From NCBI RefSeq assembly GCF_018977255.1, contig NW_024704742.1, positions 18,354,001-18,418,000 of the forward strand: DNA of 64,000 bases. The letters are read 5' to 3'. Numbering within the stretch: the stretch's first letter is position 1; each line of letters opens with the position of its first letter. Shown piece by piece: positions 50,866 to 63,290 of the stretch. Source of the stretch: Callorhinchus milii. Lineage: Eukaryota. A model generated the notes under the pieces. It was not told the DNA's origin. It searched no databases and saw only the letters and a program-made list of their open reading frames with translations. The position numbers were made by a program, and so were the translations under genes.

Positions 50866-51877
50866 TATTAGTCATGCTAATGTATTTCATTTGTGAATGG
50901 ACACCTAATAGTCAAATTGCAGTATAATTACATCACTTCTGTTTTTTGCTTTCATCTACATGTCAGTATATCATGGGCAGTTTGTACTGTTATACAAATG
51001 CATATGCATTACTGATCATAAGCCTACATTTCACAATAACATTGTACAGAGACGTTCTTTTGATGCAATGGTGTGTAATAGAATTGCTTGCATTAAATGT
51101 ATGTACCCCATTGCTGTATATTACAGTCTTTGCCTTTATTATATTCTGAATTTTAAAATTCATCAATTCCTTTTTAGATGTAATGTGTGATTTTCAAACC
51201 ACAGCTCTGTTGTTTAAATTCCACACGTGTGAAATGGATTCTCAGATAAAGCTTTGTGTAAATTTATATATGCTGAAAATAAAGAGTTGGTGCTTTAGGT
51301 TGAGAGTTGTACATGCCACAAATCTAATAATGGGAAATTCGATATGTATGTATCAATTAATCCAATGGGCCACATGCTTTCCTGCTGCACTTTTGTTGAG
51401 ATTAGATCCACACGTAGCATTAAAAACAAAATAAACAATTTACATGTTATTTCCTTCCAGCTGCATTTACAGGATGATCAAAACAGGAAGCAACAGTGAA
51501 AATGACATGGGAGCATTAAAACAAAACTGTGTCATGGAATAAGTGAAAGCCAAAAAATAGTGGGCCAGTTTCTTGAAGCGAAAGTCATTGAAGCCAAATC
51601 ATCTGAAATAGGAGTTTTTCAAACTTCATCTCAATTGCCCCAGTTTGTCAGTTTCCCATTGTTTACTTGGTTCAGTATTCATTGGTGAAAGTGATTTAAT
51701 TTCCATTGTTTCACCTTAATACTGGAACACCTCATGACCAAAAAACATTGGTTTAAAGGGAGCAATGGGCAGAACACAATGCAGGGAGTAAAACTGAGTT
51801 TTCAAGCCGTATCTAACTAGAACTGTCTGGTTCCATTATTTGTTGTTCAACTTGTTCTCCTAAAAGTGAGAAATAAT

Positions 51878-52572
51878 GGAGTCCTGTAGCTTAGTGGTTA
51901 GAGCACTCGCCTCGCAAGCAAGAGGACCTGGGTTTGGTTCCTGGGCAGGGCAAAACATTGGGCAAGTTTTCTTACTCCACACGCCTCTGTTTACTTTGCA
52001 GTAAGTAGGAACCCAGTTGTCAGTCGATTGGCGGATCACTTTTCCGGGGGTAATAATTCCTTAAAAAAAAAATATTTTGGTCACACAATCCATGACTATT
52101 TGTGGGACACTGCTGTGCGCAATTGGCTGCCATGTTTCACCCACAAGATATGCTGGAGTCCTGTAGCTCAGTGGTTAGAGCACTCGCTTTGCAAGTGAGA
52201 GACCTGAGTTCAATTCCAGGCAGAGGGTAAAACCTTGGGCAAGTTTCCTTACTCCACACACTTAATAATAATGCCTCCAAAACCAAAACCAATAATAAAT
52301 TGGTCATTTTCAATCTACGACTGTTTGTGGGACATTGCTGTGCGCAATTGGCTGCCGCGTTCGCCCACCAATATACAGTCAATTCACTTTACAGTATATT
52401 CTGTGAAGCGCTTTGGGACGTCTAGAAGACGTGAAAAGCACTATATCAAATGCAAGGATTATTATTATTATTATAATGCTGTCAATTCACTTTACAGTAT
52501 ATCTTGTAAAGTGCTTTGGGACATCTTGAAGACGTGAATAGGTGCTATAACAAATGCAGTCATTATCATTAT
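51878..52572 (+). mobile_element. Long-subfamily SINE (51878-52154 and 52481-52572) interrupted by a short-subfamily SINE (52155-52475)
   Basis: Two heads and two tails; ATGCT duplicated at 52150-52154 and 52476-52480. Confidence 0.92.
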
Positions 52573-53019
52573 TGCCAGGGTGCAGTTCCATGGGCGTCAT
52601 CTGTTCTCCAGTCGCTCACTCAAGTGGTCATTTATAATGTCATCCTAGACTAGAGGGTGCTGGCACCCAATGCACCTGCCCACATTTAATCTGCTCAATC
52701 AGAAGGGTTCACGAAGTATTAATAAGGAGTGATAACTCTGGCTCATTTTTCTCCCTTCCAAACTCTGAAGTATCATTGCCAGTTGAATTATTGAGAGAGG
52801 CCAGATGTAACCAGAACTTTAAAAGCAAAAAACACAGTGACAAAGTGCCACTGAAACAACAGATATTGTAGAGATATCTATAATGGCACTGTTTGAAATT
52901 GGATAACAATTCAGCATTAACATAACTTTTATTGCTTTTTAATAGCATTAAGTGTCTGTAAATGCATAAAATACCATAAAGCTGTCTTATTTTGTGAAAT
53001 CATTTTCTCAATCCTGCAG

Positions 53020-53120
53020 AAAGGAAGCACAACTGGATGTGGAAGGGCAATTTCTGGTACGGATTATATATGATGATTCCAAAACATACGATCTAGTAGG
53101 TGCAGCAAGCAAAGTCCTCA
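53020..53120 (+). CDS. GUCY1B1: sGC beta1 coding exon 3 (H-NOX)
   Basis: tcctgcag|[38 protein letters not shown]|gtaagt; 101 nt. No exon 4 recognised before the window end. Confidence 0.96.
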
Positions 53121-53604
53121 GTAAGTATGTTTTTGACATAATGTTAAGAGTAATAATTATCACTTAAACAAGAGGAGATAATTTGTTTCATTCCAAATTG
53201 GGCGATTGAATAATGATTGAACCATAAATTTATTTTCAGTGATCATCATGTTAATTTTTATCTTAATTTAACTTAACTTAAACATGTTAATCTTGTAGTT
53301 AATCCCTCCTATCTGAGTCATCTTCTTCCTTTGCCATGCTTCCTGTTCCAGCACCTCAACAGTTATGTTTATTTTGCCTCTACCTGCCTGAACTTACTTC
53401 TTGTCACGAGAAGTTGGTAGATCCTTCCGAATATTTGATCGCTGACCTCAATTCCACATCTTCTTTCCTCAAACTTTGTTCACTTTGTTCGATCTCACAA
53501 GTGTCAGAAAAGCAGCTCCCAGCCTTTTCCCTGAGCTGCCTTTTCATCTTTGTTTTTGCCAGTTCAATCCTTGATTCTCGCTTTGTGCCATCTTTGATCA
53601 CTAA

Positions 53605-54315
53605 TGTGACAGCCTGGCTCAGTTAGTAGCGCTCTTGCCTCTGAGTCAGAAATTTGTGGGCCCAGAGTTGGGACTTTGATTAGCAACTAACATTTACATA
53701 GCGTCTTTCATGTGGGTAGTGTCTTGGAATGCTTAAAAGTGGTGTGGTTTGACACTGGAAAGAGAGGGCAGGTGACCGAAGGCATGTTCGAAGAGGAAAG
53801 CCTTCGGGTGTGATTTGAAGAGAGCGGAGAGGGGGCAAGACAGAGCGATTGAGGCAGGGAGTTCCAAAGATTCATGCTTAAAGTGGTTAAACTCATGTTG
53901 TCTATGCTGACACGCGAATAAAGTGCTGGGGGAATGCTGCACTTCACAGTGACATCCGGATGTGAAATTGAGGTTCCGTCCACTTGTTCAGGTAGACGTT
54001 AAAGATCTCATGGCACTTCTCGAAAAGAGAAAGGAATTTCTCCAGGCCAACGATCACCCCAGATAAAGTTGGTCCGTCACATCATGGGTGTTTGTGGGAC
54101 ATTGCTGCGTACAAATTGGCTGCCACATTCATCTGCAAAATCCATAATAATAACAAATTATTTCTATAATGGCTTTCACGTCTAGAGGATGACTCAAAGC
54201 GCTGGACAGTCAAGGATGTGCACCTGGTATCACTAAGTTTCTGAGTAAATCTTGTGAAGTGCTTTGAGATATTTTTCTGTAAAAATTCATCTAATGCAAA
54301 GGATTGTCATTATTA
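53605..54315 (+). mobile_element. Deu-domain-like SINE with tRNA-like head, interrupted by short L2 pieces
   Basis: Head tggctcagttagtagcgctcttgcctctgagtcagaa; body ttcaggtagacgttaaagatctcatggcacttctcgaaaagag; gtttgtgggacattgctgcgtacaaattggctgcc; tail. Confidence 0.7.
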
Positions 54316-54654
54316 TGAATAAAAATAATAAAAAGGTGAGAATGCCAAAGGCTTTTCAATTGTAAAGCATATATTCAGCATTGCCCACATCCCCAGATTC
54401 CTTGACCAAATAAAATCGATCAGGCTCTCAGTAACATCAACAGAAAACACATTCCATTGCTGCTGTGAGGCCGACTACATTCTTGCTTTACAGTCTGCCC
54501 CAATGATGAATGCAATCATGTTTCAGTTGCACTTGAACATCAGCTAAATCCGCTTTGCTCAGCCTCCTCAAACAGCAACCGTATTTGTATATCAGACTGC
54601 ATTTAATAGGAACTGCTCAGCCAGCCATCCAGATCAGCTTTGGATCAAACATAT

Positions 54655-56035
54655 CCTTTCCTCTGGCTTTATTCCCATTCCCTTAAAAACTGCCACCATC
54701 ACTCCCACCTTGAAAAAACCCTCCCTTGATGCGTCGCAGCTATCAAGCTACCGGCCCATCTCCAACCTCCCCTTCCTGTCCAAGATCCTGGAACGAGTTG
54801 TCGCCACCCAGCTGCGCTCTTTCATCTCCAACCATTCACTATTCGAACCCCTTCAGTCGGGTTTCTGTGCTGCCCATAGTACAGAAACTGCCCTGGTCAA
54901 GGTCACCAATGACATCCTGACCATCTGTGACCAGGGCTCCCTCTGCCTCCTCGTCCTCCTCGAGCTATCGGCAGCATTCAATACGGTCGACCACGCTATC
55001 CTCCTCCACCGCTTGTCCTCCCACCTAAACCTTCAAGGCCCTGTCCTTGAGTGGTTTAGGTCGTACCTCTCCCACCGTCTTCACTTTGTCTCCACAAATG
55101 GTTTTCCTCCGGCCTCTGCACTGTCTCGTGCGGTGTCCCTCAGGGCTCTGTCCTCGGTCCCTTCCTCTTCATCCTCTATATGCTCCCCCTTGGTGACATC
55201 ATCCGCAGACATGGGGTTAACTTCCACATGTATGCGGATGACACCCAACTCTACCTTTCCTCCTCTACCCTCAACTCCACGACCACCGATGCCCTGACAG
55301 CCTGTCCTTTCTTCCTGATATCCGCGCCACAACTGGCACCGCCTTCCATCACCTCCGGAATATCGCCAGACTACGGCACTACCTCACCCCTCACGTTGCT
55401 GAAACTCTGGTCCACGCCTTTATCACCTCAAGGCTGGACTATGGGAACTCTCTCCTCGCCGGCCTTCCCGGTACCTCCCTCCACAAGCTGCAAGTCATTC
55501 AGAACTCTGCAGCTCGTGTACTGTCCCGCACTAGCTTCGGGACCACATCACTCCCACCCTCGCTCGCCTCCACTGGCTCCCCATCCCCCAGAGGATCGAA
55601 TTCAAGATCCTCATCCTCACCTACAAGGCCATTCACGGCCTTGCTCCCTCCTACCTCTCCGACCTACTATCCCCCTACCTACCTGCCCGTACCCTCCGTT
55701 CCTCTGGCTCCGGTCTGCTCCACATCCCCCGCCCCAACCGCCCTACCATCGGTGGCCGGGCCTTCAGCCTCTCAGCCCCTAGGCTCTGGAACTCTATCCC
55801 CCAGTGCCTTCGCCTTGCTTCCTCCCTTTCCTCCTTCAAGGCAGGTCTCAAGACCTTTCTCTTTGACCGTGCCTTCAGCTCCCCTCTCGACTCTCTACCC
55901 CTTCCTCGCTCCCTCCCTTCCCTCCCCTCACCCTGACCATTTCCCCCCTGCTCGTGTCCTGACCCAACTGTACAGCGCCTTGGGACGTCCTCCCGACGTG
56001 AAAGGCGCTCAATAAATGGAATCTTGTTGTTGTTT
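54655..56035 (+). mobile_element. L2 LINE young copy with an internal deletion at ~55305
   Basis: [30 protein letters not shown]...QSGF...YADDTQLY; (ttg)n tail. Confidence 0.95.
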
Positions 56036-56319
56036 ATTTGTATTCTCTGATACTGACTCCATCTCCATTCTGTGGCTCCATTGATTCTGTAGATGTTGAT
56101 CAACTTCCGGTTCCTTACCTAAATGGCAATTTTAAGAGGGTCATGAGAGTGTATTCAATTGACTTGTTCTTACCTAACATCAATACACATCTTTTTCCTT
56201 CTTAATAGCACACAATTTAATTCTAGGCGATAGATTAATTTCATATCGCATTGTCAGCCCAATTACCCAATCTTTTCTTGTCTTATCTGACATTAGGGCT
56301 GTTCTTTTTTACAACAATA

Positions 56320-57290
56320 CCGACTTGCTGTTGCCTACCTTCATGTAGACTAATGTTTTGGAACACTTTAGAGAGATGGTGACAGATACCAGGTTGGGGT
56401 GAGGTGGAAAGTGTGGTTAGCATAGTCATGGTCAAAGACGAAGGTTTGAGGTGGCTTTTGAAGAGAAGGCTTGATGGAGAGTTTCAGAGGGAAGGCTCTG
56501 AAAACTTGTCCAACAATTGTGGGATAAAAGGAGGGGAGCAGACCTGAGTATTCTGAGTGGAGGCACCAAGCAGGAAAATGAGGCCGGGGAAAATCACAAA
56601 GGTAGGCAGGTTGAAAGGAATAAAAGGAATAGTAGGGAAGAGTGAGGATCTTGATGTTGATTCTTTGGGGACAGTGAAGTCTGGCTGTGATGAGCATGTG
56701 AAACTTCTTGTGGGTAAGGAAGCAGGGTGGAGTTTTGGATGAGCTGAAGCTTGTGGATGGTGTAGTTGGGTAGATTGGCAATGAGGATATTTGAAACGTT
56801 GAGTCTGGACTTGACAAAGGGGTGGATGAGGGTTTTGGAATGGTTGGCCTGCGGTAGGAACACAGTAGGTTGATGTGACAAAGATGCAGAGAGTAGTCTT
56901 GATCAGAGGCTAGATGTGAGGGAGAAAAGAGAGTTGAGGGTCGAACCGAAAGCAATGTTGTGCACTGATTTATTGAGTTGCATTGAGAGATCGGGAAGGT
57001 GAAGCAAGTTGGAGCTAATAGCAAGAGAGCTTCTTGATGGGAGCTGATGATGATGGCTTTCGATTTGTGAGCTGATGAAAGTTGAGGTTATCCAGAATAT
57101 CAGTAGACTTCAGGGTAAAAGAGGTAGATTTGGGTGTCATCCACATACATGTGGATATTAATCTCAAGTTTACAAATGATATCACCAAGGGAGAGCACGC
57201 AGGTAAGGAAAGGGAGAGGAATGAGGATAGAGAAGTTAGATACTACAGATGACAATGTAAGGGCAGGAGAAGAAGCTATTGAAGGAAACA
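56320..57290 (-). mobile_element. Old diverged L2 fragment
   Basis: NIHMYVDDTQIY; SRLNVSNILIANLP...KLQLIQNS. Confidence 0.75.
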
Positions 57291-57292
57291 AA

Positions 57293-57640
57293 GTGTCCCC
57301 CGCCCGGCCCGCCCCACCATCGGCATCCGGACCTTTAGCCTCTCTGTCCGCACCCTCTGGAACTCCATCCCACATTCCCTTCGCCTCGCTTCCTCCCTTG
57401 TTTCCTTCAAGACATGCCTCAAGTCCTTCCTCTTAGACTGTGCCTTCAGCTACCCTCCTACCCTTTCTGCCCTCCACCCTCCCTGATCCCAACCCACCCC
57501 ACCTCCCCGCTCAGGTCCTAATCCCTTACTGTTCAGCGTCTTGGGACGTCCTATTGATGTGAAAGACGCTTTACAAATGTAATTTTGTATTGTATTGTAT
57601 TCTGTTGTATTCTTTTGTATTGTATTGTATTCTGTTGTAT
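57293..57640 (+). mobile_element. L2 3' end with (ATTGT)n tail
   Basis: caccatcggc...ctctggaactccatccc...ttgggacgtcc...acaaatgtaattttgtattgtattg. Confidence 0.8.
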
Positions 57641-58067
57641 CGTGCACTTTGAGACGTCTCAACAATGTGATAAGGCACTATATCAATTGCAAGGATTATT
57701 CTTTTTATGTATTGTATTGTGCTGAGTTAGCGGATCCTGCTGGCACAGCAGTCACGGCACTGCAATTGGCTGTAATACCTTTGGTTATGGAGGAAAACAT
57801 CATACAGTGTTTTGACTCCAGGATTGCTATACAGATACTATTGCTTGAAGTTGCATGTGTATAGACATTTGGTTGCGAACAAGATTGTTCTCAATTGTGA
57901 CTCCCCCACAACCATCCGGCCACGAAGAGTCTGCCAACTCTCACTTTAAAAACACACCCATACAAAATGGTAATTTAGGAAATTTACTGAGGATGACCTG
58001 TTCTTGTGGAACTGTACCCCAGTAGAAGAAAAAGAGTCAAAGAGGGGACGGGTAAAAATGGTTAGAT

Positions 58068-60108
58068 CGGAGTCCTGTAGCTCAGTGGTTAGAGCACTGG
58101 CCTTGCAAGCAAGACATCTGGGTTCAATTTCAGGCAGGGCGAAACCTTGGGCAAGTTTCCTGACTCCACACGCCTAATAATAATCCCTCCAAAACAAAAC
58201 AATAATAAATTGGCCATTTTCAATCCACGACTGTTTGTGGGACACTGCTGTGCGCAATTGTCTGCCACGTTTCGCCCACAAAGATACAGTCAATTCACTT
58301 TACAGCATATTCTGTGAACAACAACAACAACAACAAGATTCCATTTATAAAGCGCCTTTCACGTCAGGAGGACGTCCCAAGGCGCTGCACAGTTGGGTCA
58401 TGACCCGAGCAGGGGGGAAATGGTCAGGGTGAGGGGAGGGAAGGGAGGGAGCAAGGAGGGGGGAAATGGTCAGGGTGAGGGGAGGGAAGGGAGGGAGCGA
58501 GGAGGGGGAAGAGAGTCGAGAGGGGAGCTGAAGGCTCGGTCAAAGAGAAAGGTTTTGAGACCGGCCTTGAAGGAGGAAAGGGAGGAAGCAAGGCGAAGGC
58601 ACTGGGGGATGGAGTTCCAGAGCCTGGGGGCTGAGAGGCTGAAGGCCCGACCACCGATGGTAGGGCGGTTGGGGCGGGGGACGTGGAGCAGACCGGAGCC
58701 AGAGGAACGGAGGGTACGGGCAGGTAGGTAGGGGGATAGTAGGTTGGAGAGGTAGGAGGGAGCAAGGCCGTGAATGGCCTTGTAGGTGAGGATGAGGATC
58801 TTGAAATCAATCCTCTGGGGGATGGGGAGCCAGTGGAGGCGAGCGAGGGTGGGAGTGATGTGGTCCCGAAGCCTGGTGCGGGACAGTACACGAGCTGCAG
58901 AGTTCTGAATGACCTGCAGCTTGTGGAGGGAGGTGGCGGGAAGGCCGGCGAGGAGAGAGTTCCCATAGTCCAGCCTTGAGGTGACAAAGGCGTGACCAGG
59001 GTTTCAGCAGCGTGAGGGGTGAGGTAGTGCCGTAGTCTGGCGATGTTCCGGAGGTGATGGAAGGCGGTGCCAGTTGTGGTGCGGATGTGAGGGAGAAAGG
59101 ACAGCTCAGGGTCGAACAAAACGCCGAGGTTCCTGACTGGCTTTGAGAGGTGGAGAGTGCAGCCTTGGATGCTGATGGTGTCAGCGCCTGAGGTGTGGAG
59201 GCGCTGACGTGAGCCAATCAGGAGGGCCTCGGTTTTTCGCACGTTGAGCTGAAGAAAGTTGTCTCTCGTCCAGGACTCGATGTCGGACAGGCAGCTGTCA
59301 GGACATCGGTGGTCGTGGAGTTGAGAGTAGAGGAGGAAAGGTAGAGTTGGGTGTCATCCGCATACATGTGGAAGTTAACTCCATGTCTGCGGATGATGTC
59401 ACCAAGGGGGAGCATATAGAGGGTGAAGAGGAGGGGACCGAGGACAGAGCCCTGAGGGACACCACATGAGACAGTACGGGGGGTGGAGGAGAAGCCATTC
59501 GTCGAGACAAAGTGAAGACGGTGAGAAAGGTACGACCTAAACCATTCAAGGACAGTGCCTTGAAGGTTGAGGTGGGAGGACAAGCGGTGGAGTAGGATAG
59601 CGTGGTCGACCGTATCGAATGCTGCCGATAGGTCGAGGAGGACGAGGAGACAGAGGGAGCCCTGGTCACAGATGGTCAGGATATCATTGGTGACCTTGAC
59701 CAGGGCAGTTTCTGTGCTATGGGCAGCACGGAAACCTGACTGAAGGGGTTCGAAAAGTGAATGGGTGGAAAGGAAAGAGCGCAGTTGGGAGGCGACAACT
59801 CTTTCCAAGACCTTGGAGAGAAAGGGGAGGTTGGAGATGGGCCGGTAGCTTGATAGCTGCGACGCATCAAGGGAGGGTTTTTTCAGGGTGGGCGTGATGG
59901 TGGCAGTTTTTAATGGAATGGGGACAGAGCCAGAGGAGAGGGACAGGTTGATGATGTCAGTGATATGTGGGGCAAGAAAGTGGAGCTGGGAGATAAGGAG
60001 TGGAGTGGGGATGGGGTCAAGGGGGGGGGTCAAGGGGGGGTGAAGCGCTTTGAGACGTCTAGAAGACGTGAAAAGCGCTTTATCAAATGCAAGGATTATT
60101 ATTTTATT
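58068..60108 (+). mobile_element. Short-subfamily SINE split by an L2 insertion (58068-58318 and 60040-60108)
   Basis: ...attctgtgaa | L2 | gtgaagcgctttgagacgtc...tcaaatgcaaggattatt. Confidence 0.92.
58319..60039 (-). mobile_element. L2 LINE young copy inserted into a SINE
   Basis: 271-aa ORF with intact [29 protein letters not shown]; flanked by GTGAA at 58314-58318 and 60040-60044. Confidence 0.96.
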
Positions 60109-60699
60109 AGAGAAATAAAGTCACTTTGATAATCAATGTATTGGCATTTCATTTTATCATTCATCTGTATGCTATTTATTATACCTTTTGGATATTATGG
60201 TGAACAATAGTATTTATTGTTTTAAAGCAAAAGCTTCTCTACTGAATACCAATGGTATCGATAACATATGGTTTGCATGTTAGCAGTTTTTTCTTGGGCA
60301 TGTCCTTTTGATATGACATTTATAAGTCTCTATTTAACTGCGCTGATATGATCTACTGCGCTTTATGCTTGCTCAAATATTGATGTAATTAATGACATTA
60401 CTTTTATTTTGTACAAAGTGTTCTGACCTATTTTAGGAGACAATGGATAAACATTAATCATTACCAGATTAAAACACATTGCGGAAATAATTTTTTTCCT
60501 TTATATATAGACAACATTAATGATAGCATGTCAATTATAAATCACATGCACAATATGGCACTTTAATTTCTGAATATATTTGTTTAATGCATTTTCCATC
60601 AGCTGTTTATACCACCCATTTCCTGTTGGTTTGATATTGATCAAGATCAAGTTGTCAGAAGACAGATAATGCTAGTGTTCCTTGTGTGGTAAAATTGTT

Positions 60700-61445
60700 T
60701 GCTCTTGTGCAGAATAATGGGGGAAGTATTGAGGGGAATGGCTCAGGGGTCTGCTCTGTGCCTGTACACACAATAACCTGGATTCGCTGACTCAGTGCAA
60801 GGTTATTAAATTTGTAGAAGCTGGTAAATTAGGATGAACTGTGGAATCAGAGAAGATAGCACATAAAGTACAACAGGTTATGCACCTGTACACAAGAATA
60901 TGCATAGCATGCAGTAAACAGAGTTTACTGATAAATTAAGTTCAATCAGATAAATGCAAGGTGCTGCACATAGGAAGTAAAAAATAGAAAGCACATGAAC
61001 TCCATTAATGGGATAGAACTTGACAAAGGTCGGGAAGGAGTTGAAAGAGACCTCAGTTATTTGTTGACTTGCCATTCATCATCTCCAAACAACATAAGGC
61101 AGCAATTAACCAAGCCAATAGTATGATGGATTACATTGCCAAAATAATTCAGTAAGTTATACTCAAGCTGTTCAGTGCTTTTGTTCGTCTCATCCGAAAT
61201 ATTGAAGGCAGTTCTGGTCACCACGACATATGGGAGATGCCTGAGCCTCAGAAGCAGTACAGTGGAGAACAGAGAGGCTGATCACCAGATAAGCTATGAA
61301 AAACAAGAAGATAGGCCAGGATTCTTCAGCCTTGAAACAAAATGTCAAACATTGGGATATTATAGAAGCATGTGAGATACTAAATGGGATAGAGCATATA
61401 AACTCAGAGCAATATGTTCAGATACTGGAAGGTCGCAGGATAAGT
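60700..61445 (+). mobile_element. Degraded CR1 RT fragment
   Basis: caggggtctgctctg...aagttcaatcagataaatgcaaggtgctgcacatagg...gcagttctggtcacca...ttcttcagccttga. Confidence 0.6.
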
Positions 61446-61477
61446 GGGAGCAGATTCATGATTATGAAGCACAATCC

Positions 61478-61762
61478 ATTCTTCGGATCAGACAACAAAC
61501 CGAAGCCCCATCTACCTGTTCAGGGGGACATTAAAGATCCCATGGCATTATTTGAAAAGAGAAGGCAGTTTCTTCTGGTGACCTAACCAACAGTCCCCCA
61601 ATAAAATTGATCACTGACCCGATGGCTGTTTGTGGGACATTGCCTTGCGCAACTTGGTTGACCCACAAAAAAGTATACTCACTCCACTTTACAGTACATC
61701 TTGTGAAATGCTTTGGGATGGCCTCCTGACATGAAAGGTGCTGTACCAAACGTAAGAATTAT
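61478..61762 (+). mobile_element. Deu-domain-like SINE relic
   Basis: cttcggatcagac...aaaccgaagcccc...ttcagggggacattaaagatcccatggcattatttgaaaagag...gctgtttgtgggacattg...tail. Confidence 0.7.
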
Positions 61763-62189
61763 TTAATTGTAGGGCAGACACATTTCTTTATACAGAGGGG
61801 ATTCAACAGCTGGAACATGTTATTTAGATATGTGGCTGAGGTCAGTATAGTGAACTCATTTAAGAAATAGCTTGATGCTGTATTTGTAAGATGGTGGGAT
61901 GAGGCCAAATGGGTCTTCTTCAACTGAATGTGACCTTGTGACTGTTCTATCAAGCTGTCATTGATAACCTCAACTATGCCTTGTTCCAATAGATTTGAGT
62001 GACACATATCCTTGAGGCAAGTCATAGTTTCAACTATTTGTGACTGGAAATGTTCAGCTTCTCAACTACTGCAGGCCTGCTTTAAGATCTGTACGCATTG
62101 TTTGTAGATCATACACAGCTTTACCATCACTTTAAGGATAAGCACTTTAACCCACAAATGGTGGAAATTCTACCTCGGAATATGTATTT

Positions 62190-63290
62190 GTTGTTGGCAA
62201 CCACTTTCGCTCTCACCTCTCCCTCCACTCCCTACTTGATCTCCTTCAATCAAGTTTCCACCCTGCCCACAGCACCAAGCCGGCGCTTGCCAAAGTCATA
62301 ATTACACCTCTGTCTCTGTACCTAGGGTTCCCTCTGCTTCCTTGTCATCCTGGACCTGTCTGATGCCTTCGACATAGTTGATCATGCATCCTCCCTCGAC
62401 CGCCTCTCCTCCCTCAACCACCTTAGGTAGACCTCACTCGCCTACTTACCCAACTGAAATCACTTTGTCTCCTCTCACTTTTTTTCTTCCAGCCCCTGCT
62501 GGGTTACCTGTGCCATACCCCAAGGTTCCATCCTTGACCCCCTTCATTTCCTCATTTATATACTCCCTCTCAACAGTGTCATCCGTAGACATGGGGCCAA
62601 CTTCCAAATGTATGTGAATAGCACCTAAATATACTCCGTCTCCGCTGTGACCCCAGGTCCACCAATGTTCTTCCTCTTGCTTGTCAGACATCAATAAGTG
62701 GATGAGCTCAACTTACTGCAACTGAATGATGACAAGGTGGGAACTATACTCCTCAGCTCCTGTCAATGCTTTTTCACCTATGGCTCTGACCTCCTTAACC
62801 TCCATGGCCTATCCCTCAGACTTACTGAACCTGTTTGCAAGGTTTGATTTCCAGTTATCCTTCCTACCCCACATCTAGGACCATTTTCTCCACTTCCCCA
62901 CATTGCCAGCCTCCGACTTTACCTCACACCCAACACAATCAAAATCTTTATCCACACATTCGTCACCTCCCGTCTCAATTATTCCAATGCCCTCTTTGCT
63001 GGTCTCCATAGTTCCATCTTTTATAAAATCAAATTAATTTGAAATTCTGTTGCCCGGATCCTCACTCCAGACTCCACTCACATTCGTGTATAGAACACTT
63101 CGTGCCCTGCCACCTACTCCCTCTCCAACCTGCTTACACCCCAATCCACTGACTGCCTGAAGATCTTACCCTTCGACCATGCCTACAGTCACCTCCCCAC
63201 AATCCTGGCAGCATCAACCTCTGCCATAGTTATGAGCTACCCTGTGTGAAGGGCGTGACATAAATGCAAGTTGTTGTTATTATTGTTGTC
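62190..63290 (+). mobile_element. Old diverged L2 fragment
   Basis: cacagcacc...ctggacctgtctgatgccttcgacatagttgatcat...gtcacctcccgtctcaattattccaatgc...aaatgcaagttgttg. Confidence 0.75.
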
